This document shows positions 19,201 through 28,579 of a stretch of DNA of 64,000 bases, piece by piece. Made by a program: the position numbers and the translations under genes. This stretch comes from Rickettsiales bacterium (GTDB taxonomy: Bacteria; Pseudomonadota; Alphaproteobacteria; Rs-D84). The stretch's first letter is position 1; every line of letters starts with the position of its first letter. The DNA is taken from assembly GCA_031265235.1 (NCBI GenBank), contig JAISCX010000035.1, forward strand, positions 16,839 through 80,838, in the 5' to 3' direction. The notes beneath the pieces are model-generated. The model saw only the letters and a list, made by a program, of their open reading frames with translations, ran no database searches and was not told where the DNA came from.

Positions 19201-21345
19201 ATGAAAAGCAAAGTATTTCAGCTTGAATCAAATTACAAGCCGGCGGGCGATCAGCCGGGTGCCATACGCGAATTGTCCGACGGTCTGAAAGACGGCGTTC
19301 GCGACCAGGTTCTGCTTGGCGTCACGGGTTCCGGCAAGACATTCACAATGGCAAGCGTTATCGCGGAAATGGACCGGCCTGCGTTAATTATGGCGCCGAA
19401 CAAGATTCTGGCCGCGCAATTATATACTGAAATGAAGGGATTTTTTCCAAACAATCATGTCGAATATTTTGTGTCATATTACGACTATTACCAGCCAGAG
19501 GCTTACGTTCCCACAACCGACACCTATATAGACAAGGACGCCAGCATAAACGACCAGCTGGACAGAATGCGTCATTCTGCCACGCGCGCCATGCTGGAAG
19601 AGCGCGATGTTGTCGTTGTATCATCAGTGTCCAGCATCTACGGGCTTGGGTCGCCGGAAACATATTCGGAAATGAAGGCCGTGTTCGCGGCCGGCGACAA
19701 GATTGGCATCCGCGATGTTGTCGACGCATTGGTGCGATTGCAATACAAACGCAACGACATCGGATTCAACCGCGGCGAATTCCGCGTCCGCGGCGATTCA
19801 TTGGATGTATTTCCGTCGCACAGTCAGGACCGCGGCTGGCGATTTTCATTCTTTGGCGATGAAATAGAAGACATTTATGAATTTGATGTTTTAACGGGGC
19901 AGAAAACGCGAATGATGGACAGGGCCGCGGTATATCCGAATACCCACTATGCTACGCCGCAGCTGTCAGTGGTTCAGGCCATACACGAAATCCGCCGTGA
20001 ATTGTCGGACCGGTTGGATTATTTCAAATCGAATATGAAATATTTGGAAGAACAGCGCCTGCGCGAACGGACAAACTTTGATATGGAAATGATGGAGGCG
20101 ACGGGCGCATGCCGCGGAATTGAAAACTATTCCAGGTATTTGTCGGGGAGAGGCCCCGGCGAACCGCCGCCAACGCTGTTCGAATATCTGCCAAAGGACG
20201 CCATTTTATTCGTGGATGAAAGCCACGTTTCCGTCCCGCAAATCGGCGGCATGGCGCGGGGCGACCGCGCACGGAAAGAAACGCTGTCACAGTATGGATT
20301 CAGGTTGCCCAGCGCGTTGGACAATCGCCCGCTGACATTCGAAGAATGGGACGGGTTCCGCCCGCAGACCATATTTGTGTCCGCGACGCCTAACGATTGG
20401 GAAATAGAACAGGCGCATGGCGTCGTCGTAGAACAAGTGATACGTCCGACGGGTCTGCTGGATCCCGAATGTTTCGTTCGTCCGACAAAAAATCAGGTTG
20501 ACGATTTATTGCACGAGATCAAAAAAATAGTATGTCATCCCGGCGCGCGCGCTGGCGCGAACCCGGGATCCGGTCATGACATGTGTGTAGAAAATGTTTC
20601 AAACAAGAAAAATCAAGCTAGTTCCCGACCCCACCAGGTCCCGGATAATTTGCCTGCGGCAAATTTCCGGGATGACACCTGTGATACGGGGCGTGTTCTC
20701 ATCACCACGCTTACCAAAAAGATGGCGGAACAGCTGACGGATTATCTTGTCGAAAATGGCGTCCGCGCGCGATATCTGCATTCCGATATAGAAACTTTGG
20801 AACGTATCGAATTGCTGCGGTCCTTGCGACTTGGCGAATTTGACGTTCTGGTCGGAATCAACCTGCTGCGCGAAGGATTGGATATTCCGGAATGCGAACT
20901 GGTCGCGATCATGGATGCGGACAAGGAAGGTTTTCTGCGTTCGGCGCGGTCACTGATCCAGACGATCGGCCGCGCGGCGCGCAACGTGAACGGCCGCGTG
21001 ATTCTGTATGCCGATAGAATAACAAACAGTATGAAGATTGCGCTGGACGAGACCGCGCGTCGCCGGGAAAAACAAAGCGCGTATAACAAAAAGCATAAGA
21101 TAACGCCCGTGACCACGACCAAGGCCGTATTTGCCGAAGTGTCCGAGTTTAAGAAAAAAACAGATGCAAGGAAACAATTTGTGTATAACGACGACGGGCT
21201 TATGACTGCGGACGATATCCGTAAAGAAATTGCAAAGCAGACGCGCCAGATGAAAAAGCATGCGGAAAATCTGGAATTCGAACAAGCCGGGGCCGCGCGC
21301 GACGCAATCCGGCGATTAGAGGACGATCTGTTGTTGTTGGGATAA
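19201..21345 (+). CDS. uvrB: excinuclease ABC subunit B (carries an in-frame palindromic-element insertion)
   Basis: [22 protein letters not shown]...GVTGSGKTF. Helicase motifs and the UvrB YY motif [15 protein letters not shown] are present. A 48-aa insert ([15 protein letters not shown]...) precedes [13 protein letters not shown]. Confidence 0.95.
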   Translation: MKSKVFQLESNYKPAGDQPGAIRELSDGLKDGVRDQVLLGVTGSGKTFTMASVIAEMDRPALIMAPNKILAAQLYTEMKGFFPNNHVEYFVSYYDYYQPEAYVPTTDTYIDKDASINDQLDRMRHSATRAMLEERDVVVVSSVSSIYGLGSPETYSEMKAVFAAGDKIGIRDVVDALVRLQYKRNDIGFNRGEFRVRGDSLDVFPSHSQDRGWRFSFFGDEIEDIYEFDVLTGQKTRMMDRAAVYPNTHYATPQLSVVQAIHEIRRELSDRLDYFKSNMKYLEEQRLRERTNFDMEMMEATGACRGIENYSRYLSGRGPGEPPPTLFEYLPKDAILFVDESHVSVPQIGGMARGDRARKETLSQYGFRLPSALDNRPLTFEEWDGFRPQTIFVSATPNDWEIEQAHGVVVEQVIRPTGLLDPECFVRPTKNQVDDLLHEIKKIVCHPGARAGANPGSGHDMCVENVSNKKNQASSRPHQVPDNLPAANFRDDTCDTGRVLITTLTKKMAEQLTDYLVENGVRARYLHSDIETLERIELLRSLRLGEFDVLVGINLLREGLDIPECELVAIMDADKEGFLRSARSLIQTIGRAARNVNGRVILYADRITNSMKIALDETARRREKQSAYNKKHKITPVTTTKAVFAEVSEFKKKTDARKQFVYNDDGLMTADDIRKEIAKQTRQMKKHAENLEFEQAGAARDAIRRLEDDLLLLG
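20533..20677. mobile_element. RPE-like palindromic element, copy A (in-frame within uvrB)
   Basis: Terminal inverted repeats tgtcatcccgg...ccgggatgaca with two internal hairpin modules (GC-stem; tcccggataattt-hp-aaatttccggga). 145 bp, roughly a multiple of 3. Confidence 0.7.
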
Positions 21346-21349
21346 CTTA

Positions 21350-21385
21350 TAGATAATAGATAATAGATAGTAGATACTAGATATC
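21350..21385. repeat. TAGATA-hexamer repeat block (half element)
   Basis: tagataatagataatagatagtagatactagatatc directly after the uvrB stop. Confidence 0.6.
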
Positions 21386-21412
21386 GCTCTGTCCGATAAT
21401 AGGGGTGCTGCA

Positions 21413-21652
21413 AATGTGATTTGTGATCTGTGATTTGAAAATCCGCCGCGGTCTAAATTCCCCTCCTTGGGAGGGGTGTCGGCAAAGCCGACGGGGTGGG
21501 TGCGCAAAATCTGGGCATGCTTGTTTTCGTCTCTCACAAAGTCCGAATACCCACCCCGGACTGCTAGGGCAGCATAGCTGCCAAGCAGGCCGCCCCTCCT
21601 CCGGAGGGGAATGTCGACCGCGGCGGATTTTCAAATCACAGATCACAAATCA
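21413..21652. repeat. 240-bp structured palindromic element with 38-nt terminal inverted repeats (aatgtgatttgtgatctgtgatttgaaaatccgccgcggtc)
   Basis: Left arm at 21413-21452 and right arm at 21615-21652 as an exact reverse complement. The interior carries five or more hairpins. ORFs on both strands start MICDLKIRRG, a mirror artefact. Confidence 0.7.
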
Positions 21653-21674
21653 CGCTTCACCAATCACACTTCAC

Positions 21675-21702
21675 AAAAAATCCGGCATTCGCCGGATTTT
21701 TT
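21675..21702. terminator. bidirectional rho-independent terminator
   Basis: aaaaaatccggcattcgccggatttttt between convergent genes. Confidence 0.6.
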
Positions 21703-23194
21703 ATTCCCCAAAATTATACCTGTTTTCTATATACAGTTCCGTTTTTGCGCCATTCGTATGTGAAAGCAGCCCGATGCCGTGCGGTATGCATTTATTGCTT
21801 TCGAATCTACACACGTTTGCCAATAAGTCGCCATTGTGCCGTATTACATACCAATCTGTTCCTGATGCCGCCGATGCCAGCACATTAAACTTATAACTGC
21901 TTGCTTTATTTTTCTCGATCTCTGCTTCTGAATATGTCGAGAATTTTTGCTGAACCCCGCCATTTGGTATTGTATAGTTGCCGGAATGAGACGAGTCTGC
22001 TGTCGCCGGTTCTATCTTATCCATGCAATCGCCAGCATTTGTTGCGGACGCGCAATAGTTTTTCCATTGGCTATAGGATGACAGAGTCACTTTGCCTTTG
22101 GAAATTATATCTTGTTCTGTTCTGTACGCATGGCCGTTGTCGTCCCAATACAAATATTCTTCGCATGCGGTCAGCTTTTTGCGTTCTTTGCCGATAGTGC
22201 TTTTATTGCTGGCAACGATTACGATTGATACCACGCTGGCGCCCGCGCCGACGCCCGCAGCAATTGTCGCACCCTTGTTCAGTCCGTTATTCAGACCGTC
22301 TTTTTCCTTGACTGCGTTTATGTTCCCGGCGCCGGACGCAATCGCGGACCCGGCGTTGGCCACGGCGCCGACAATCTGGAAAGTCTTTGCGGTTTTCAAA
22401 TTCTTTGCAGGTTTAGACACGTCGATGTTATTCGCGCATTTTGCTATTTCCATCATGGGATTGTTATCGCGTCCCTCTGTATGCGCCTGCATTGCTATTT
22501 CTTTGAATTCCTTGACTGCGCTGTTCCACTCGTTTGTTTTTGCATCGGCGAGATCATTTGCAACGCTGCCGATCACACTGACCGAAATCACGTTGGTGAT
22601 CAATCCGCCGGCCGCCGCGCCCATTCGCACCCAGTTCATGGTTTGGTTGAACCCGGCGTTGGAATCGTTCTTGTTGACCAGGTACGCGATCATCGCGTCG
22701 TTGGACACTTCCTTGCCTTCGCTGGTCTTGAATATGTCGTTTTTCAGATCGTCGCACGTTTTGGCCTTGATCGTTTTGCCGTCGGCGTCTTTGGAATCCT
22801 TATACGCGTCCGGGTTTTTGGATTTGTCAGCCGCGCAGTCTGCAGAGAAAGCCGATTCGAATTCTTTTTTCAGATCAGCGTCCGCCATCTTGGCCAGATC
22901 ATCCCCGTATTTCGCATCCGCGCGCGCGGACCTGGAATCCTTTATAATTCCGGTCGCGACAGCCGCGCCGTCAAGAATGACGCCGATAACGGACGCAAGC
23001 ATCGCGTTTGACAATTTTTTTTCTGCGCCGTATATGGAATCGAACAGCGCGTCGTGCTTGTCGCGCATGTTTTTGATCGCGCCCAGTTCGAAATCTGTCA
23101 TGTCGCCGTATGATTGCGCGTCGATCGGACGTGCCGCGAAAGCAGGTGTAATTAAAATTGCGGATAATAATCCGGAGATAATTTTTGTTTTCAT
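21701..23194 (-). CDS. hypothetical secreted Ala/Gly/Lys-rich protein (signal peptide MKTKIISGLLSAILITPAFAA)
   Basis: 497-aa ORF of low complexity with Cys pairs near the C-terminus. Confidence 0.6.
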   Translation of the reverse strand: MKTKIISGLLSAILITPAFAARPIDAQSYGDMTDFELGAIKNMRDKHDALFDSIYGAEKKLSNAMLASVIGVILDGAAVATGIIKDSRSARADAKYGDDLAKMADADLKKEFESAFSADCAADKSKNPDAYKDSKDADGKTIKAKTCDDLKNDIFKTSEGKEVSNDAMIAYLVNKNDSNAGFNQTMNWVRMGAAAGGLITNVISVSVIGSVANDLADAKTNEWNSAVKEFKEIAMQAHTEGRDNNPMMEIAKCANNIDVSKPAKNLKTAKTFQIVGAVANAGSAIASGAGNINAVKEKDGLNNGLNKGATIAAGVGAGASVVSIVIVASNKSTIGKERKKLTACEEYLYWDDNGHAYRTEQDIISKGKVTLSSYSQWKNYCASATNAGDCMDKIEPATADSSHSGNYTIPNGGVQQKFSTYSEAEIEKNKASSYKFNVLASAASGTDWYVIRHNGDLLANVCRFESNKCIPHGIGLLSHTNGAKTELYIENRYNFGE

Positions 23195-23271
23195 GTTATC
23201 CTTCCTTTACAGATATTATATCATGCTATCAATTTGAGTTCAACATATATTTGCTATCAAAATGCTGGCAA

Positions 23272-23520
23272 ATGAAAACGACCACCAAATCCATTTTCAA
23301 TCCGAAATACAAACGCCTGATTGACGATATGGTGGACGCGCGCAAGAAAAAGGGGTGGAGCCAGCGCGAGCTGGCCAAGCAGGCAGGCGTGTCGCATTGC
23401 TTTATCGGGCGCATGGAGACACGCGAACGTCGGCTGGATGTGATCGAGGCCGTCGAGATTATGAAGCTTTTGGGGTTGAGCAGGTCGATGATTCTTAAAA
23501 AAGTATCTGAATTGCTGTAA
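23272..23520 (+). CDS. XRE-family helix-turn-helix transcriptional regulator
   Basis: GWSQRELAKQAGVSHCFIGRMETRER is a typical HTH_XRE segment. Start at MKTTTKS. Confidence 0.7.
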   Translation: MKTTTKSIFNPKYKRLIDDMVDARKKKGWSQRELAKQAGVSHCFIGRMETRERRLDVIEAVEIMKLLGLSRSMILKKVSELL

Positions 23521-23596
23521 GCATGGCCGGCGCCCGCATTTTCTTGAAATCGTATAATAATTTGATAAACTATTTCCAAAGCCAAGGGATTATAAA

Positions 23597-24016
23597 ATGC
23601 ATATTGCCACCGTATCTGATATGCGCGCATGGGCGTGCGGGTTCGCAATGGGTCTGCGCGCGCCGCGCGCGGTCGCGCTGCACGGCGATCTGGGAATGGG
23701 AAAAACCGAAATCGCGCGCGCGATTATTCAAACGCTTTGCGGGTCGGATACCGTGGTGCCAAGCCCGACATTTACGCTGGTTCAGAGTTATGATGCGAAA
23801 TCCGGGGGAGACGCGACTCCCCGGATTTCGCATTTTGACCTGTATCGTATAACAGACGCGTCAGAGCTGGAAGAAATAGGATTATCGCACGCATGCGCGA
23901 ATGATATAACGCTTATAGAATGGCCCGAGATTGCGGAAAGCATGCTGCCCCGCGACACCGTTCATATTTATATCACGGCGGAAGGAGAAGGGAGGAAGAT
24001 AGAAATTAAAGAATGA
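23597..24016 (+). CDS. tsaE: tRNA threonylcarbamoyladenosine biosynthesis ATPase TsaE
   Basis: Contains GDLGMGKTEIARAI, PSPTFTLVQSY and HFDLYRI. A short palindromic insert (GGDATPRI) sits inside. Confidence 0.8.
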   Translation: MHIATVSDMRAWACGFAMGLRAPRAVALHGDLGMGKTEIARAIIQTLCGSDTVVPSPTFTLVQSYDAKSGGDATPRISHFDLYRITDASELEEIGLSHACANDITLIEWPEIAESMLPRDTVHIYITAEGEGRKIEIKE

Positions 24017-24092
24017 ATCCGCCAAATCGCTTTGCGGCGACGCATTGACTGCTTTGCTTTTTTACTTATAAAATCCGGCTTTGCCCGGATTT

Positions 24093-24722
24093 TTATTGCG
24101 GCAGCAACGATTGAACGGCAATCGCAAAGTCCGGCGCATTGGCCAGATAATTGCCGCTTACCAGAAAATCCGCGCCGGCGCGCCAGCATGCGGCCGCGGT
24201 ATCCGGGTTTATTCCGCCGTCCACGCTTATTTTGAATCCAAGGCCATACCTTTTGCGCGTGTTGTTCAATGCGAATATGCGGCCCAAAGCGGCGGCCAGG
24301 AATTCCTGGCCGCCCGCGCCGGGCACGACCGACATTACGAGTATCTCGTCAATCTCGCGCAGTATCGGCTTTAATATTTCGATCGGTGTTTCCGGATGCA
24401 GCGCGATTCCGGCGCGTTTGCCCCGCCGCTTGATTTCCGCGATCGCTTTCCGGACGCCCGCTGTTCCCGTTGAAAGTATTATCGTGTCCGCGCCTGCGTC
24501 CGCCGCCTGTCCCGCCCAGGATTCCGGGCTTTCAGTCATCAGATGCACATGCAGGTGCGCTTTCGTATGTTCGCGGATAAATTTCAATTCATCAATTCCG
24601 CCGGACACCGTGTCCACATAGAATCCGTCCATTATATCAACGTGAATCATAGAAACGCCGCCTGATTGAAAACGTGCGTATGTCGCGGGATCGCGCATGT
24701 TGAACGCAAGCGTGCTGGGCAT
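24093..24722 (-). CDS. rpe: ribulose-phosphate 3-epimerase (in the same reading frame as, and continuous with, upstream ftsA)
   Basis: Contains MIHVDIMDG, VMSVVPGAGGQEF and ISVDGGIN. Its ATG at 24722 overlaps an out-of-frame TAA (TAATG). Confidence 0.8.
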   Translation of the reverse strand: MPSTLAFNMRDPATYARFQSGGVSMIHVDIMDGFYVDTVSGGIDELKFIREHTKAHLHVHLMTESPESWAGQAADAGADTIILSTGTAGVRKAIAEIKRRGKRAGIALHPETPIEILKPILREIDEILVMSVVPGAGGQEFLAAALGRIFALNNTRKRYGLGFKISVDGGINPDTAAACWRAGADFLVSGNYLANAPDFAIAVQSLLPQ

Positions 24723-25880
24723 TATCGGGATAAATCTTTGTTTTTTCTTTTTCGGGAAAAGCTTTGAGAATGCGGATATGATTTTTGACAAGGCTTTTTC
24801 GCGGCGGTCGGATCGCGCCGCATATGTTCTGGCGAGCGGTTCCATCTGTTTCCAAATATATGATGCGTTCGCTTGGACCGCGGCTGCGGGACCGATGTTT
24901 TTGACGGGAATTCCGAACATGTTTGATACAAAATCGTCTATGCCCGTGATGTTCGCGCCGCCGCCGGACAGATATATTCGGACGGGCGCGTATTTTTGAA
25001 TCGCATTTTTTGTGGCATCGAACGCCGCCTGCAAGATTTCGGAAAGCACCGGAATCGCGATATCGTTCACGTCGCCTTTGGAAAAATCATGTTTGGAACT
25101 GGCCGGCGTAAACCTGTCCATATCGCCGCCGGATAGGGATATGTTCTCGCGTTTTATCTTTTCCGCAGCGTTGAAGGACAAATCAAGCCCGCTGGCGACG
25201 GAGTCGGTTATCGATGACTGCGCGTTCGGTATTTTTTTATAAAAAACCGGCCCCCTGCTTGTCCAAACCGACACGGACGTATGGCTTGCCCCAAGGTCCA
25301 GTAATACAGCCGGCTCTTTTTTTGGGCGCATTGTGCATGCGATTAAAAACGCCGGATCAAAAAAATCGCGCCCCATGATGTGCGCGGCGCGCGCGGCGCC
25401 GCGCACATCATTTATCCCGTCGGCATCATAGGCGATCGCGCCAAATGCCGCGGAAACATGCGTATCCGAAAGACCAACCGGCGTCGTGATATTTTGCAGT
25501 TCAAGCAGATCATAGCGCAGCGGAATTATATGCATCGGCGCGAAATAGGGCGATATTTCGGGAATTTCCGAAATCAAAGCATCAATATCGGCGTCCGATA
25601 TTTTATGTTCTTTGATCCAGTCTTTCTTTCTGACAAGCAAGATATATTCCAATGCGCCGAAATTTCCGGTGACATATGCGGAATCAAAGCGCGCGCCGAT
25701 GTCTGATTCTATCGCGTCGACGACAGTCCGGACCCCGGCGCCCGTATCGAACGATTCGCATGCGCGGATGGCGGATTTTGCAATGCGTCCGGACACTATG
25801 CGGAACCCTATCCCGCGAACCGCGGTTGTGCCGATGTCAAGACATAGAAAAGAGTTGTCGAATAAATTCATAATCAGCAA
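24723..25880 (-). CDS. ftsA: cell division protein FtsA (no in-frame stop; reads through into rpe as a 595-aa fusion ORF)
   Basis: Actin-fold motifs LCLDIGTTAVRG, LLDLGASHTSVSVW and IYLSGGGANITG. The C-terminal amphipathic segment is ALSKIISAFSKLFPKKKK. The gene lies downstream of ftsQ as in the dcw cluster. Confidence 0.75.
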
Positions 25881-25938
25881 TCGGCGACCGGTGGACGGTA
25901 ATCAGAGATCGAATTGCAGCAATGCCGATGATTGCCAG

Positions 25939-26637
25939 CTATCGATTGCCGATCACCACCAATGTTCTGTCCGAATCGCGCATATCTATGACAGATATTT
26001 TGCGGTTCAGTATAGAGTTCTGTTTTTGCAACGCGGACAATTTTGATATTGCCGCCTTGACCCCGGATCCGGGTAGGCGCACCGTAATTCCGGTTCTGGT
26101 CGCAAGATCCCATCTGCGGCCTTCGATCCAGGATAGCGTCTCTATTTCCGAAAATACGTTCGGTGTGTTTTTTATAATTTCTGCAATGTCCGCGATATTG
26201 TCCGGCAATACGCCCGAAAAAACAAGCATGCCCGCGTCCGCCGTATCCGCCGCCCTGTTCATTATTTTACCGTCCGCCGCCAGCGGATAGAATTTGCCGC
26301 CGTCCGTCCAGTTGGCGACAATTTTTCGCATGGTCAATTTGACTTCCATTCTTCCGTTCGGGTATTTGCGGATTGCCGCTTGGCCGACATCAGGCAATCC
26401 GGTTATTCTTGACAGGCAATCGTCCAGATCAACCGAATACGCGGATTTGCCGGGCTGCATCCGCAAGGCGTTCGCAATGTCGCCGGCGGAAGCGGTTCCT
26501 TTGGCCCGAACGGAAACAGGTCCGACGGGCGCAATATTCCCGATCCCCAATGCCGCCATTGAAATGCGCACGGACAGATACAGCGCGATCAGAATTGCGG
26601 ACGCAAACACCAGCCAAAACAGGATTGATTTTTTCAT
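25939..26637 (-). CDS. ftsQ: cell division protein FtsQ
   Basis: TM helix followed by a POTRA-like domain (start MKKSILFWLVFASAILIALYL). Position is upstream of ftsA. Confidence 0.8.
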   Translation of the reverse strand: MKKSILFWLVFASAILIALYLSVRISMAALGIGNIAPVGPVSVRAKGTASAGDIANALRMQPGKSAYSVDLDDCLSRITGLPDVGQAAIRKYPNGRMEVKLTMRKIVANWTDGGKFYPLAADGKIMNRAADTADAGMLVFSGVLPDNIADIAEIIKNTPNVFSEIETLSWIEGRRWDLATRTGITVRLPGSGVKAAISKLSALQKQNSILNRKISVIDMRDSDRTLVVIGNR

Positions 26638-26688
26638 AAACGGATTATAGCATAAAAAAAGCGCGAGTGTAAGCGCAAGTGACAAGTA

Positions 26689-27585
26689 TCAGAATGTCAT
26701 TTGTTTCACGGTGTGTTCTATCGAAAACTTTTTCGCGGCGTCCAAATTTTTCTTTTCGATAGCCGCGCGTTCGGAACCTGACATCGCCAAAACGCGAACC
26801 AGCGCGTGCCGAATGTCATCCGCGGTCGGGTTAACGGGCGGCCGTATGTTCGCACGAATCCCAAATTCATTGTCCGGCCATATTGTCGGCCGCCCTTGCG
26901 CCACCGCCGCCATCAGCAAGTCACGGTCGGCAGGCCCGATCGACATAACCGCATAGGTTGAACGCATAACGGTCGGCAAGTCCGCATCGTTTTTTATATA
27001 TATTGTTCTGAATTCCTGTCCGGACGCCTTTGTTTGCGACATTATTTTTCGTGCGTGCCGAACGCCCGAAAATCCATAGATGGCGATTACCAGATCTGGG
27101 TCGTCTATCCGTTTCATCGCGTCCAGCAAGGCGTTCAAACTTGCGCCCATCTGACTTATGACGACGATCATCTTTTGGTGCGGCGCGATATTGTATTCGG
27201 ACAAAAACCGCGTGATGCGCAGCACCGCTATGGAATTCGGCGAGAATAGGGCCAGGTCCAGCCCGAAATCAATCGGTTTTGACGACGCTTTCAGCTTCAT
27301 TCTGGCGGCCAGCTTGGCGGCCGGCATATCTATGGCATGTATGGCGTGCGGCCCGGATTTTAAAAATTCGCGGAATTTTCGCGACGGTATCAGGAATTCG
27401 CGCCCGAATATCTTGATTTTATAAATTTCGACATGCGGCACCCGCAGACGCCGCACAATGCCGTTTGACACAGGCGACGCGATTGCCGCGGAAAATCCGG
27501 ATTTTTGCAAACTGGTCGCCAATGTGGCCAATCCGCGCGAAACGTTGGACGTTACAAACAGAAAAGATTTGGGATTTGCTGTCAT
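26689..27585 (-). CDS. GT-B fold glycosyltransferase-like protein (possibly LpxB-like; uncertain)
   Basis: C-terminal half resembles GT1/LpxB C-domains (VVISQMGASLNALLDAMKRI ... AAVAQGRPTIWP). Start is uncertain. Confidence 0.4.
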   Translation of the reverse strand: MTANPKSFLFVTSNVSRGLATLATSLQKSGFSAAIASPVSNGIVRRLRVPHVEIYKIKIFGREFLIPSRKFREFLKSGPHAIHAIDMPAAKLAARMKLKASSKPIDFGLDLALFSPNSIAVLRITRFLSEYNIAPHQKMIVVISQMGASLNALLDAMKRIDDPDLVIAIYGFSGVRHARKIMSQTKASGQEFRTIYIKNDADLPTVMRSTYAVMSIGPADRDLLMAAVAQGRPTIWPDNEFGIRANIRPPVNPTADDIRHALVRVLAMSGSERAAIEKKNLDAAKKFSIEHTVKQMTF

Positions 27586-27659
27586 TTTAACTTTATAGAG
27601 CAATCGGGAGTATATTTTATTCTTATACTCTGCGCGCAAAGCGCGGCGTTAATCTTTTT

Positions 27660-28049
27660 TTACGCGGCCCGCAGCAGATATCCCTTGCGAAACATGCATT
27701 TTCGGTATGCGCCGACGGATTTGGACGCCGTATTCGGTGGGACCGACATCAGAACCCGCTGTCCGGTATCCATGAATTCATTGGATTGGAACGTTACCCA
27801 TAAGCCATCCCAGTCCGGCATCTGCGTCGCGGAATTCGGCATCAGCAGCTTTGAAAGGCGGGAACGCGGCATGTGCGACGGCTTTGTTATGCCCAGACAG
27901 TTCTTGTGGTCTTTTACGAATTGATCCGTTGTCACCATTTCGTTTTCCCAGTTCAGAACGGTGGCGTTGTCAATGCTGCCTAAATTCGGGCTGGCGCATC
28001 CGAAAAGGGCAAAGATCAGAGGGCAAAAAGCAAAAATACTGAATTTCAT
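27660..28049 (-). CDS. hypothetical lipoprotein
   Basis: Signal MKFSIFAFCPLIFALFGC with a lipobox. The longer 275-aa ORF is probably an artefactual extension. Confidence 0.5.
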   Translation of the reverse strand: MKFSIFAFCPLIFALFGCASPNLGSIDNATVLNWENEMVTTDQFVKDHKNCLGITKPSHMPRSRLSKLLMPNSATQMPDWDGLWVTFQSNEFMDTGQRVLMSVPPNTASKSVGAYRKCMFRKGYLLRAA

Positions 28050-28124
28050 AATCCGATTATAATTTAATTGCGTTACCGGGGCAATAGTTTTTATAATCAG
28101 GGAAAAGGGCAGAGGTGGAAGAGA

Positions 28125-28433
28125 ATGACGGACACGGAAAAATTTAATAACCTGGCTAATTTCTATGAGTATATGAAAACGGTTATGTCCGCCATATGCG
28201 TCAGCAAAGGCGGGATTCCGTTGGAAAATTATGCGGGGCGTTTTTTCGCGGCGGATGTCTTGGAAATGCTGAACGCGTACGGGGGCAAAATCGGGCGGGC
28301 GGACACGGCCATGGCGGCCAAGCTGGATAAATACAAGCAGGAATTTGCAAAAATGCGGGATATGGCGACGCCATCGCAAAAGCCGATACATGAAATGACG
28401 CTGGAAGAATTCGAAAAGGTTATGAATATTTAA
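28125..28433 (+). CDS. hypothetical protein
   Basis: AGGTGG RBS 8 nt before ATG (MTDTEKFNNLANFYEY...). Confidence 0.45.
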   Translation: MTDTEKFNNLANFYEYMKTVMSAICVSKGGIPLENYAGRFFAADVLEMLNAYGGKIGRADTAMAAKLDKYKQEFAKMRDMATPSQKPIHEMTLEEFEKVMNI

Positions 28434-28456
28434 CGCGCAAAGCGAGGTTAAATGTT

Positions 28457-28579
28457 CAAAGAGCAAAGAGCAAAGAACAAAGAGCAATAATGCCCTTGTC
28501 TTTATCCTTGCTTTACAACATAGGTTATAAAGATGAGAAAATATTATTTGTTCTTTGCTCTTTGCTCTTTACTCTTTGC
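28457..28579. repeat. heptamer-repeat palindrome: (CAAAGAG)4 ... (CTCTTTG)4 arms separated by ~50 nt
   Basis: Left arm at 28457-28491 and right arm at 28543-28579. The right arm overlaps the start and signal peptide of the 28533 gene. Confidence 0.7.

Noticed and set aside
21316-21537. Minus-strand ORFs encoding SIYYLLSI-type peptides (also 20742-21413 and 52927-53913)
   Set aside because: These are translations of TAGATA hexamer repeats overlapping well-supported genes (uvrB, recA neighbourhood). They are not coding.
21377-21896. Two ORFs on opposite strands both beginning MICDLKIRRG (21377-21646 minus, 21423-21896 plus)
   Set aside because: This is a mirror-image artefact of the 240-bp perfect palindrome. 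There is no RBS and the element is intergenic.
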